Positions 30,154-38,621 of a stretch of DNA of 64,000 bases are shown one piece after another; position 1 is the stretch's first letter, and every line of letters begins with the position of its first letter. This DNA comes from an uncultured Ignavibacteriales bacterium (GTDB lineage: Bacteria; Zixibacteria; MSB-5A5; GN15; FEB-12): the NCBI GenBank assembly GCA_964526835.1, contig CAZGMK010000018.1, forward strand, positions 278-64,277. The letters are read 5' to 3'. The position numbers and the translations under genes are program-made. A model generated the notes under the pieces. That model did not search any database. It was not told the DNA's origin and worked only from the letters and a program-made list of their open reading frames with translations.

Positions 30154-30795
30154 GTGCCCGAGATATTGAGATTACCTAACCTGGTCAGCCTCTCGCGGAT
30201 CGCCATGATCCCCGTGCTGTGGTACTTTGTGGCCCGGCCCGGTGATACGGCGATGTTGTGGGCGGCTGTGGTGATGATAGCGGCCGGAGCCAGCGACGGT
30301 CTCGACGGCTGGTTGGCCAGGCGCATGAACGCGGTAAGTCCGCTGGGTATCGCACTGGACCCGATCGCCGACAAGGTATTTGCCGGGGCGCTGGTGATCC
30401 TCCTGATAATCTATCGCGACTTCCCGTTATGGTTGGCCGGTGTGATCGTGGGGCGAGACCTGCTCATATTGGCGGCCGGTCTTATCCTGCTGCGGGGCCG
30501 CGATATAACGCTGCCTTCCAATCTGACCGGGAAATACGCTTTCACGGCCATAGCGGTCCTGCTTGGAAGCTATGTGATTCGATTCCCCTTCGGCATCGAG
30601 CTGTGTACCTGGCTGACGCTGGCGCTGGTGCTGGCCTCAACAATCAACTACGGCCGGGTCTTTCTGCGGGTCCGGGACGGCCAGCCGCCGCCTCGATTTA
30701 GCGACCGCCCGGCCTTTCGAAGAACTCGACTCAGCCTGACGGTTGTCCTTGCTTTGATCTACCTTGCCATGCTGTATCGACATGTCTTCGGATAG
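30154..30795 (+). CDS. CDP-alcohol phosphatidyltransferase family protein (PgsA-like)
   Basis: GTG start. The D-G-x2-A-R...G...D...D motif is present (SDGLDGWLARRMNAVSPLGIALDPIADKV). Multi-TM protein. Confidence 0.85.
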   Translation: MPEILRLPNLVSLSRIAMIPVLWYFVARPGDTAMLWAAVVMIAAGASDGLDGWLARRMNAVSPLGIALDPIADKVFAGALVILLIIYRDFPLWLAGVIVGRDLLILAAGLILLRGRDITLPSNLTGKYAFTAIAVLLGSYVIRFPFGIELCTWLTLALVLASTINYGRVFLRVRDGQPPPRFSDRPAFRRTRLSLTVVLALIYLAMLYRHVFG

Positions 30796-30806
30796 GTAGA
30801 TAACCC

Positions 30807-32162
30807 TCAATGCCCGCGCCCGCGACCCTCAGGCTCAGCCCGGGCCCGGTCGGCATTGCTGCCGGTGTGGGGCTTCCAACCGGTGTCCGTTATCAGGCGC
30901 GACCCGCGGTTGCGTGTGATGTAGTTCCATGTCCACTGGATCAGCACGATGAGACGATTGTCGAATTCCACCAGATACATCAGGTGCACGAACAGCCAGG
31001 CCACCCACGCTAACCACCCGGAAAATCGAAGCTTCCATACAGTGCCGACCGCCGCCGATCGCCCGATGGTGGCGAGATTACCACGATCCCAGTAGTGAAA
31101 CGCCTTTGGTTGATGCCCGGGATTCTTCAAGCGCTTCCGGATAACCCGGGCGACGTACTTGCCCTGCTGCATTGCAACCGGCGCCAGGGCCGGCAACGGC
31201 TCTCCGGTCTGATGTGCATAGTGCGCCAGGTCACCGACCACGAACACTTCGGGATGCCCCGGAAGCGAAAGGTCGGGTTCGACCTTCAGGCGGTTCATCC
31301 TGTCGAGAAGACCATGATCGTCGCGGGCAAGTATGTCGGCCATGCGCGTGCCTCTAACGCCCGCCGCCCACAGAACGGTGCGCGTCCCCACCCGTCGCTC
31401 GTTCTTATCCTTGCCGGTGATAACAACATGATCCGGGGCGACCTCGGTTACCAGGTATCCCGTGACGACTTCGACGCCGATCTCCCGCAGTTGATGCTCG
31501 GCGCGGCGAGAGAGCTTCTCCGGGAAAGTCGCCAGGACGCGGTCCAGCCCTTCCACGAGAATCACCCGCGCCCGGGAGGGATCAATCCTTCGGAACTCCC
31601 TTCTAAGGGTGTTGAAGGCGATCTCACAGATCGCCCCGGCCATCTCCACGCCCGTCGGGCCGCCGCCGGCGATCACAAAGGTCATCAGACGGTCGACCTC
31701 GGCCGGATCGTCGGCCTTCTCGGCCGCCTCGAAAGCGGCGAAGATGCGCCTTCGTAACTCAAGTGCATCCTCGATTGTCTTCAAGCCCGGGGCCAGCAGC
31801 TCGTTCTCATCTTTCCCAAAGTAGTGGTGGGTAGACCCGGTGGCCACTATCAGATGGTCGTAGCTCAGGACATCTTCGCGCAGAGTGACTTTCCGAGCAG
31901 ACAGGTCGATGTCCATCACTTCATCCTGAATCACGCGAACATTACGGTGGCGGCGCAGGACGCTGCGAAGCGGCGCCGCGATATCCCCCGGCGACAGACC
32001 GCCCGTCGCAACCTGATACAGCAGCGGCTGGAACAGATGGAAATTCCGCCGGTCGACCAGCGTCACTCCGATGTCTGCGCCACCCAGCTTTCGCGCCGCG
32101 TACATGCCGCCGAAGCCGCCGCCGATTATCATCACGTGTGGTCTGTGGTCTTTTTCCATCAT
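30807..32162 (-). CDS. ndh: type II NADH dehydrogenase (NDH-2)
   Basis: Trimmed to Met-Met at 32162/32159. Two dinucleotide-binding motifs (VMIIGGGFGGMYAA and FVIAGGGPTGVEMAG) and a C-terminal membrane-association segment. Confidence 0.85.
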   Translation of the reverse strand: MMEKDHRPHVMIIGGGFGGMYAARKLGGADIGVTLVDRRNFHLFQPLLYQVATGGLSPGDIAAPLRSVLRRHRNVRVIQDEVMDIDLSARKVTLREDVLSYDHLIVATGSTHHYFGKDENELLAPGLKTIEDALELRRRIFAAFEAAEKADDPAEVDRLMTFVIAGGGPTGVEMAGAICEIAFNTLRREFRRIDPSRARVILVEGLDRVLATFPEKLSRRAEHQLREIGVEVVTGYLVTEVAPDHVVITGKDKNERRVGTRTVLWAAGVRGTRMADILARDDHGLLDRMNRLKVEPDLSLPGHPEVFVVGDLAHYAHQTGEPLPALAPVAMQQGKYVARVIRKRLKNPGHQPKAFHYWDRGNLATIGRSAAVGTVWKLRFSGWLAWVAWLFVHLMYLVEFDNRLIVLIQWTWNYITRNRGSRLITDTGWKPHTGSNADRARAEPEGRGRGH

Positions 32163-32245
32163 AGCCGGAGTGCCGCCTCGACAGGTGGGGATGCCACTCA
32201 TATCTGATCTGATTAATGCTCTGGCCCGGGGTTTGTTCAGATTTC

Positions 32246-34585
32246 TCAGCGGGCGAGGATATCCTGAAGGGCGGCCACGGGCTCCTGATGGCGGTCATGC
32301 AGCGACCAGCCGACGGCATAGACCAGTTCGGCCGCCGCCCGGTAGAACTCGTAACGCCGGCCAAGCATGTCCAGGCCGGCCAGACGGCGTCGCTCCAGTG
32401 TCGCCATGAGATCGGTCGTGGTGACCCGGCTGAGATCCGAAAGATAGGGATCAAGGATTGTCTGCCAGGTCCGGGCGGCGGCCTCATCGCTGCGCACTCC
32501 CCGATAAGCAGCCTCGAGAGCCAGAACCAAATCGTGCCAGCGGCGGTGTATCTGTTGCATGACTTGCAGCGAGGCGGCGTCGCGCCGGTACTCCGAGACG
32601 CTCAGCTCCGCTTGCAAGCGGTTGCGTTCGCGCCATTTACGACCGCCTTCGAACAGCGGTACACGAATTGTCCCACCAAGCCACCACCACGTTGTCTTCT
32701 CCTCGAATTCGGGCGGGGCATCCTGCAATTCCCGGCCGGCGTTGAACTGGGCCCTGAAGCCGATGGTCGGCAGCCAGCGAGCGCTGTTGACCGACAGACG
32801 AGACTGATCGACAGAAACCTGAGCTCGCGAACGCATCATCTCCGGGTGAGAGGCGAGAGCTTCCGACACCAGTTGCCCGATCCACTTGTTATGTTTGTCC
32901 GGATTGTCCAGGAGAACCTGCATCGATTCGAAAGTGTGTTCGAAGGCCCTCTTGGTCAGGCCCGCTGTATCAATTATCATTGGCAGTTCGCCGGGGCGAT
33001 TCAGAAGGGCATTGAGAGCCGCCTGCGCGACTGCCCTGTCTCGACGGGCTGCAGCCACTCGGTAGGCCGCCACCTGGAGAGCGTCCGCCCAGCGGAGCCA
33101 GTCGACCATCCCGGTCGAGTCGATCATCCAGGTCGCCCGCGCGGCCTCGAAACGGAGATTGACTTCCAGGTTCATGTCGCGTTCCAGCGCCATCCGAAGT
33201 TCAGCCTCGGCCACGGTCAGGTAGGCCTGGATCACGGCCAGCTCCAGGGCATGCTGAATATCGATTCGCTGGGCCTCGCTCAACTGGATCCGCCGGCGGT
33301 CGACGTCGGCCGCACGCAGGGTCTCTAATGAGAGCAACGCCTGTTCCAGTTGAAGTGAGAGCCGTTGGCCGGTGGCATCCAGGCGATCACGGCTGTTGGT
33401 CACGGCGTTGTCGCCATAGTGACGTAAACGATACTCCGCCTCCACCTGTGGCAGGTAGGCGGCGCGCGTTTCGACCACGGCGGCGCGCGCTGCTCGAATG
33501 GCATCGTACATGGCCAGGTGATCGGGGTGCTGATCCAGAGCCCGTCGGATCGCCAGGCGCAACGAGTACTGTTCGGAGTCGCGAGGCTGCGAAGGGTTCA
33601 CGACCACAGCCTCACTGAGCAAGTCGATCGGAATCTCTAATTGCGCCTGCTCGGCATTAGCCTGGTTAATCGCCACCCCGGTTGCGCTCGGAAAGCTGAC
33701 CGACAAGTCAGCCGGCGTTGCTCCCTGCAGGATGCGCCAGGCCTTGGTTGCGTTGTACCGCGCCTCGAGAGCCAGGCTTGCTCCGCCGTTACCGAGCGCT
33801 GCTCCCCGGTTGACGGCAGTCCTGCCTTCATAGGCCAAAGTGAGCAATCGGTCGCCGGTCAACCGCTGGAAGAAGCTGGTCACCTTCACCGGGGTCATAC
33901 CCCACACCGGCATCACATAGACGGCATCCAGGAAGCCCCGATCAAGGTTGTTGTAGGCTTTGAAGAAGGCGAAAGTGCCTGCATTATCGTAGCCCTCGCC
34001 GTATCTGACTTCGAACCCGAGTTGCCGGCCGATTTCCTCTATGCGCTCGATCAGCTTGGCAGTCTCATCGCCGGTAGGAAAATACAGGACCCCCAGGCGT
34101 TTCAGGTCGGTCAGGCGGCTCAGCAGTTGCAGGTCCTCAAACAGCTTGTTCGGCTTCACATGAACTGTCAGATTATCAGCGACGGGCCGCCCGCTCTCAT
34201 CAAGCAGCCCCTCCAGGTCGGGGTCAACACGATGCATAGACACGATGGGGCCTTTGTAGCCGGCCTCCAGCAAGTCCTCGACAACCCACGGACCCATTGT
34301 AATCATAAGGTCAACATCAGGAATTCTCGCCAGGCGTTCCGCCTCCAGGCGGGTAGTGTCACGATTCCAGCGGCCGTCGCCGTAGGCACGCGGGTCCGCT
34401 TCAATCGTGACCGAATCGGGGGCGAGCAGCTCCAATTGGCTGGTGAATTCCCGGCGAAGGTCACTATGGTAAAGGCTTTCACCGGCGTGAAAGAAACCAA
34501 GGCGATACACCGTAGCTGCGCCCGCGTCTGTCGGCATGAGAGCGGCGGTCAGCAGGGCACAGAGGCAGACGAACTTTGTGAGCAT
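32246..34585 (-). CDS. fusion protein: periplasmic ABC-substrate-binding-like domain plus TolC-like outer membrane channel
   Basis: Signal peptide (MLTKFVCLCALLTAALMPTDAGA). Residues ~25-330 resemble the ABC_sub_bind/PBP fold, ending ..WRILQGATPADLSVSFPSATGVAINQANAEQAQLEIPIDLLSEAVVV. Residues ~340-779 form a two-repeat TolC/OEP-like region (LSLRLAIRRALDQHPD...AAYLPQVEAEYRL...). Confidence 0.75.
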   Translation of the reverse strand: MLTKFVCLCALLTAALMPTDAGAATVYRLGFFHAGESLYHSDLRREFTSQLELLAPDSVTIEADPRAYGDGRWNRDTTRLEAERLARIPDVDLMITMGPWVVEDLLEAGYKGPIVSMHRVDPDLEGLLDESGRPVADNLTVHVKPNKLFEDLQLLSRLTDLKRLGVLYFPTGDETAKLIERIEEIGRQLGFEVRYGEGYDNAGTFAFFKAYNNLDRGFLDAVYVMPVWGMTPVKVTSFFQRLTGDRLLTLAYEGRTAVNRGAALGNGGASLALEARYNATKAWRILQGATPADLSVSFPSATGVAINQANAEQAQLEIPIDLLSEAVVVNPSQPRDSEQYSLRLAIRRALDQHPDHLAMYDAIRAARAAVVETRAAYLPQVEAEYRLRHYGDNAVTNSRDRLDATGQRLSLQLEQALLSLETLRAADVDRRRIQLSEAQRIDIQHALELAVIQAYLTVAEAELRMALERDMNLEVNLRFEAARATWMIDSTGMVDWLRWADALQVAAYRVAAARRDRAVAQAALNALLNRPGELPMIIDTAGLTKRAFEHTFESMQVLLDNPDKHNKWIGQLVSEALASHPEMMRSRAQVSVDQSRLSVNSARWLPTIGFRAQFNAGRELQDAPPEFEEKTTWWWLGGTIRVPLFEGGRKWRERNRLQAELSVSEYRRDAASLQVMQQIHRRWHDLVLALEAAYRGVRSDEAAARTWQTILDPYLSDLSRVTTTDLMATLERRRLAGLDMLGRRYEFYRAAAELVYAVGWSLHDRHQEPVAALQDILAR

Positions 34586-34715
34586 AATCGAAATCCCGGT
34601 TAGGTCATGGGCGACATGGCTTCATGCCGGCCGCCTGTCTCATTGAACGTTCGACGGTCGAGAATCGATTATACTTAATCAGATGATTGGGCTAAAGGGA
34701 TTTCTTGGTGCGCCG

Positions 34716-35087
34716 TCAGCCCCCGCAGGCGGCCATCAGATCATTGGCCATGCGCGAAAGGGCGTCGGCGCGATAAGGCTTGTGCAGCAGCACCGTATTG
34801 CTCTTCAAAGAAGCGGGGATATCGTCGGGGTCGGTCGCCTGCCCCGATGAAAGTATGCAGGGCAGGTCCGGCTCAAGCTGCCGCAACCTGGCCAGGGTCT
34901 CCAGACCGGTTAACCCATCCATGCACTCATCCAGCACTATCATCGCTATATTCTGGCGATACTCCTGAACAAAGGCCAGGCATTGGTAACCGTTTTCAGC
35001 CTCCAGAACCTCGTAGCCGGCGCGCTCGAGAATGCGACGAGCGAGTGATCTGATAATCGGTTCATCATCGACAACGATTACTCTCAT
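34716..35087 (-). CDS. single-domain response regulator (receiver only)
   Basis: MRVIVVDDEP.., the phospho-acceptor context IVLDECMDG, ..ILSSG.. and the conserved Lys in LLHKPY. No output domain. Confidence 0.9.
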   Translation of the reverse strand: MRVIVVDDEPIIRSLARRILERAGYEVLEAENGYQCLAFVQEYRQNIAMIVLDECMDGLTGLETLARLRQLEPDLPCILSSGQATDPDDIPASLKSNTVLLHKPYRADALSRMANDLMAACGG

Positions 35088-35334
35088 GCGACTGGCCTTT
35101 CATTGCGGCTGCGGGTGTCCCCTTTGTACTGTAGTCTATCGGCATGAGTAACTCCAGTGCTTAACCGGGATTGCTGATCAGCCCCCGCCTGGAGGCGTCG
35201 TGCGCACATCCTGTCTCGGACTCAGCGATGCGACCGGGCCGGACGGAAGGCCGGAGCCTCAGGGTCGATCTTGACCATTCATCTGAATCGTTTGTCTCCA
35301 AGTGATTGATCGACACCGAACAATCCGTTAGCAA

Positions 35335-35350
35335 TGTGATTTTTATCACA
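35335..35350. promoter_or_regulatory. CRP/FNR-family-type operator: perfect TGTGA-N6-TCACA upstream of the atp operon
   Basis: TGTGAtttttaTCACA, centred ~70 bp upstream of the transcription start implied by the promoter at 35379-35406. Confidence 0.5.
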
Positions 35351-35378
35351 AAATCTTCTTGAAATGACCAATTCGGTC

Positions 35379-35406
35379 TTGACATGAAATCGGCCTCGGC
35401 TATATT
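35379..35406 (+). promoter_or_regulatory. sigma70-type promoter for the ATP synthase operon
   Basis: TTGACA (35379-35384), a 16-nt spacer and TATATT (35401-35406), 30 nt upstream of the atpZ GTG start. Confidence 0.55.
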
Positions 35407-35435
35407 GCGCGCTTGATAAATGAGGGTATGATAAG

Positions 35436-35699
35436 GTGACCCTCCGTGATTCCGGCAACGACCGGAAGTCCAGCTCAGATCTTCGGACCATAGGTCTGTT
35501 GACTGCTGTCCCGGGCCTCTTGCTGGCGGCTCCGCTGATCGGCGGAGGAATCGGGTGGTGGCTGGACAGTAAGTTCGGCACCGAGCCATGGCTTCTGGTG
35601 ATTGGGGTCCTAATGGGTTTGGCCTCCGGCGGAATCGAGACATATTACCTTGTTAAGAAGGCTTCGGGATCAGAGGAAGACAGCCGCCGTGAAGGATAA
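35436..35699 (+). CDS. atpZ: AtpZ/'ATPase gene 1'-type small membrane protein
   Basis: GTG start, 87 aa. LLTAVPGLLLAAPLIGGGIGWWLDSKFGTEPWLLVIGVLMGLASGG matches the AtpZ family pattern. First gene of the atp operon. Confidence 0.7.
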   Translation: MTLRDSGNDRKSSSDLRTIGLLTAVPGLLLAAPLIGGGIGWWLDSKFGTEPWLLVIGVLMGLASGGIETYYLVKKASGSEEDSRREG

Positions 35700-36111
35700 T
35701 CTCGGATTCGATTTTCTCCAGCGCACCCTTAAAACATCAGGTGTCGTGATCCTTGTATTCCTGCCGTTCGGGATATACTATCTCGGATTTTACACGGCTC
35801 TGGCGGTCTTTTCCGGCGCAGTTTGGGGGATTATCAACTTCATCTTCCTGGCGGCGCTGGTCCGTAGTGTCGTCCGGCCGGATGGCGCCGATCGCCGCCG
35901 GGCATTGTGGCTGGGGTTGATCAAATTCCCCTTGCTCTACTTCGCCGGATATTGTCTTCTGATCACCCCTCTGCCGGGTTTCACACCGGGCTGGCTGCTG
36001 GCCGGTTTCTCTGTTGTGATGGCGGTCATGGTGCTTAAGGCTGTGACCCGCGTAACCCTGAAGCTGGACGCTGAAACGGGCAATAATAATCATCTGCAAG
36101 AGGCGCGTTAA
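35650..36111 (+). CDS. atpI: ATP synthase protein I-like membrane protein
   Basis: Small 4-TM-like protein between atpZ and atpB. The true start is probably the in-frame GTG at 35689, overlapping the atpZ stop. Its stop overlaps the atpB ATG (TAATG). Confidence 0.5.
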   Translation: MLRRLRDQRKTAAVKDNLGFDFLQRTLKTSGVVILVFLPFGIYYLGFYTALAVFSGAVWGIINFIFLAALVRSVVRPDGADRRRALWLGLIKFPLLYFAGYCLLITPLPGFTPGWLLAGFSVVMAVMVLKAVTRVTLKLDAETGNNNHLQEAR

Positions 36112-36974
36112 TGCTGGTATCTCTGGCGAACATGGTTGCGGTTTCCGGGGTCAAGGTGGTCCCATGGGTCTGGGGACTGGCCGCCGCGTCCGGCGGTCAC
36201 GGCGATGACGGCGGCCACGGTGACGGTCCAACCACGCACCTGCCCAGCCTGGTCTATTATCTTGAGCACTATCTGCACACGGGCTGGATGGACCACTGGA
36301 TTAATGTCATCTTCGCATTCTTCGTGGCGCTGGTTCTCATTGTGATAGCTAAGATTGCCACCTCGAAATCGGAGATGATTCCCGGTAAGTTCCAGAACGG
36401 GGTCGAGATGGTTGTCGAGGGGCTCTATGATTTCTTCAGTTCCATCCTTGGCAAGGAAGCTCGTCGCTACACTCCGTTCCTGGGCACCCTGTTTGTCTAC
36501 ATTCTCGGTCTCAACTGGATAGGTATGGTGCCCTTGGGGCACTCGCCTTCGACCAGCCTGAACATCACCTTGTCGATGGCTCTGCTGGTTTTCTTGTATG
36601 CCCAGTGGACCGGCATGCGCCGGTTGGGCATGCTTGGTTACCTGGACCATTTGGCCGGGCAGCCGCGTGACGGCATTACGTGGGCGATGGTGCCGCTGAT
36701 GTTCCCCCTGCACATCATCGGCGAGCTCGCCAAGCCAATGTCGCTGTCGTTGCGACTTTTCGGCAACATCACCGGTGAGGACACGCTGATAGCCGTCTTT
36801 GTCGGTATGGGTATCGCCATCACGCCTTTCATAGGCGAGATTGTCGGTATCCCGCTGCAGACTCCCTTCTATTTCCTGGGGCTGCTGCTGTCGGCTGTAC
36901 AGGCGCTGGTCTTCACCCTGCTGTCGACCATTTACATTCTATTGATGCTGCCTCATGAGGAGCATGAGCACTAA
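36111..36974 (+). CDS. atpB: F0F1 ATP synthase subunit a
   Basis: 287 aa with the essential Arg context LSLRLFGNITGE. Confidence 0.9.
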   Translation: MLVSLANMVAVSGVKVVPWVWGLAAASGGHGDDGGHGDGPTTHLPSLVYYLEHYLHTGWMDHWINVIFAFFVALVLIVIAKIATSKSEMIPGKFQNGVEMVVEGLYDFFSSILGKEARRYTPFLGTLFVYILGLNWIGMVPLGHSPSTSLNITLSMALLVFLYAQWTGMRRLGMLGYLDHLAGQPRDGITWAMVPLMFPLHIIGELAKPMSLSLRLFGNITGEDTLIAVFVGMGIAITPFIGEIVGIPLQTPFYFLGLLLSAVQALVFTLLSTIYILLMLPHEEHEH

Positions 36975-37028
36975 GATGAGAATACAAGAGCAAGTAGAAA
37001 TAGGCAAAAGGAACTCTCTTAGGAGGAA

Positions 37029-37268
37029 ATGATGGAACACTTTGGCGCAATGTTGGGTCTGGCCGCTCCCCTGGGTCTGGGTCTGGCGGCTGTCGGTTCG
37101 GCTTATGGTATCGGTCGGGCGGTCGGTTCCGCCATGGAGGCCATGGGTCGTCAACCGGAAGCAGCCGGTAAGATTCAGGTTGCCATGATCATCGGTGCGG
37201 CGTTTATCGAAGCGCTGACGATTTACGTGTTCATTGCCTTCTTCGTCGCCATGGGTAAGCTCGGCTGA
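37029..37268 (+). CDS. atpE: F0F1 ATP synthase subunit c
   Basis: 79-aa hairpin with the loop GRQPEA and the carboxylate in [10 protein letters not shown]. Confidence 0.95.
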   Translation: MMEHFGAMLGLAAPLGLGLAAVGSAYGIGRAVGSAMEAMGRQPEAAGKIQVAMIIGAAFIEALTIYVFIAFFVAMGKLG

Positions 37269-37336
37269 GAACAGTGTCGACGTGGCAGTCGGATTTCGAT
37301 TTAGCGGCTGCCCTCACCCTTGAATGAGCAGGCAAA

Positions 37337-37831
37337 ATGGACATTAATATTATTCCAGACCTGCCGCAGCTTCTTACTCATGCGGTCGGTTTCCTGATCA
37401 CCCTGTGGCTTCTGAAGAAGTTCGCTTGGGGCCCGCTGCTCAACCTGATGGAGGATCGTCGTAACAAGATACGCGACGAGTTCGAGACCATCGAAAATGA
37501 GAAGATGCGGGTCGATCAGCTTACCACCGACTACGAGAATAAGCTGAAAGACATCGACGCCGAGCGACGGGCCAAGCTGGTCGAGGCTGTAGATGAAGGC
37601 AAGAAGATTGCTGAGGAAATCAAGGCCGAGGCCCGCAACGATGCCCGGAAGACGGTCGAGAAGGCCAAGGAAGACCTCGAGCGCGATGTCGCCAAGGCCA
37701 AGGTCCAATTGAAGAATGATATGGTTGCCATAACTATCGCGGCCGCCGAGAAACTGGTCGGCGAGAGGCTCGACGATGCCAAGCACCGCGAGCTTATCGG
37801 CAACTTCATCGACAATGTCGAGAAGGCCTGA
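37337..37831 (+). CDS. atpF: F0F1 ATP synthase subunit b
   Basis: 164 aa with an N-terminal TM followed by a long charged helix. Position between atpE and atpH. Confidence 0.9.
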   Translation: MDINIIPDLPQLLTHAVGFLITLWLLKKFAWGPLLNLMEDRRNKIRDEFETIENEKMRVDQLTTDYENKLKDIDAERRAKLVEAVDEGKKIAEEIKAEARNDARKTVEKAKEDLERDVAKAKVQLKNDMVAITIAAAEKLVGERLDDAKHRELIGNFIDNVEKA

Positions 37832-37836
37832 TATCG

Positions 37837-38385
37837 ATGCTAGCCCAGGAAGTAGCCCGCAAGTATGCCCAGGGCCTGTTTCTGTCGGTCGAGGAGCGCA
37901 ACCAGATCGACGCGGCGCACGAGCAGCTTCAGCAACTCGGTGATTATGTCGCCGGTGACAAAACCCTGCTGAATTTCCTGCAAGCGCCCAATGTGCTCGA
38001 CGAGAACAAGCTTGCTCTGGTCCGGGACGTTTTCACCGATCGGATCGATCGGCTGTACGTCGAATTCCTGCTGGTGCTGATACGCAAGCATCGGATCGGG
38101 TATCTGCCCGAGATTATCGATGAGTTCATCCGGCTGGTGGAGGCGGCCAAGGGAATCGCCCGAGTAACGGTGATTACCGCGGTACCGATGATCGATGCCG
38201 AGCGCGACAGGCTGAAAACCAAGTTGCACGATCGCACCGATAAGACCATCGAGCTGGAGGAGAAAATAGATCCGGCCATCATAGGTGGTATGATCATCAT
38301 TATGTACAATGAGATCATCGATGGTTCGATCCGCCGCGGTCTGGATTTGATTGAAGAAGGTCTGGCCAAGGTCAGGGTTCATTAG
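37837..38385 (+). CDS. atpH: F0F1 ATP synthase subunit delta (OSCP)
   Basis: 182 aa with an OSCP-like C-terminus (IIGGMIIIMYNEIIDGSIRRGL). Confidence 0.9.
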   Translation: MLAQEVARKYAQGLFLSVEERNQIDAAHEQLQQLGDYVAGDKTLLNFLQAPNVLDENKLALVRDVFTDRIDRLYVEFLLVLIRKHRIGYLPEIIDEFIRLVEAAKGIARVTVITAVPMIDAERDRLKTKLHDRTDKTIELEEKIDPAIIGGMIIIMYNEIIDGSIRRGLDLIEEGLAKVRVH

Positions 38386-38621
38386 GCGCCGGCTGCAGCC
38401 TTTGAGCCTGATACTCAGACTCGTGCTTCGCGGCAGCAGACGCGCCCTGACTAAGGGCTGACAATAATAATACGGCCGTTCGGTCCTGGATTACCGCCGA
38501 GCAGGCCACCGGTTAAAACAGATGGACGGACCGCTCCGTGGCGGCGAAAGGCCGGCCGGAGGCGACCGTGGGTTGACCGGTATGCCGGACAAAGAGTAGT
38601 GATGTCAGATACAGGAGTACG

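Noticed and set aside
32216-34603. Two long plus-strand ORFs (370 aa and 320 aa)
   Set aside because: Both lie antisense within the PBP::TolC fusion gene. That gene has coherent domain structure and a signal peptide, and the antisense frames have none.
37029-37268. Possibility that the ATP synthase is Na+-coupled
   Set aside because: The c-subunit lacks the Na+-binding signature. The position equivalent to Gln32 of the I. tartaricus c-subunit is Ile, and the residues after the carboxylate are Ala-Leu rather than Ser-Thr. The gene order is F-type, not N-type.
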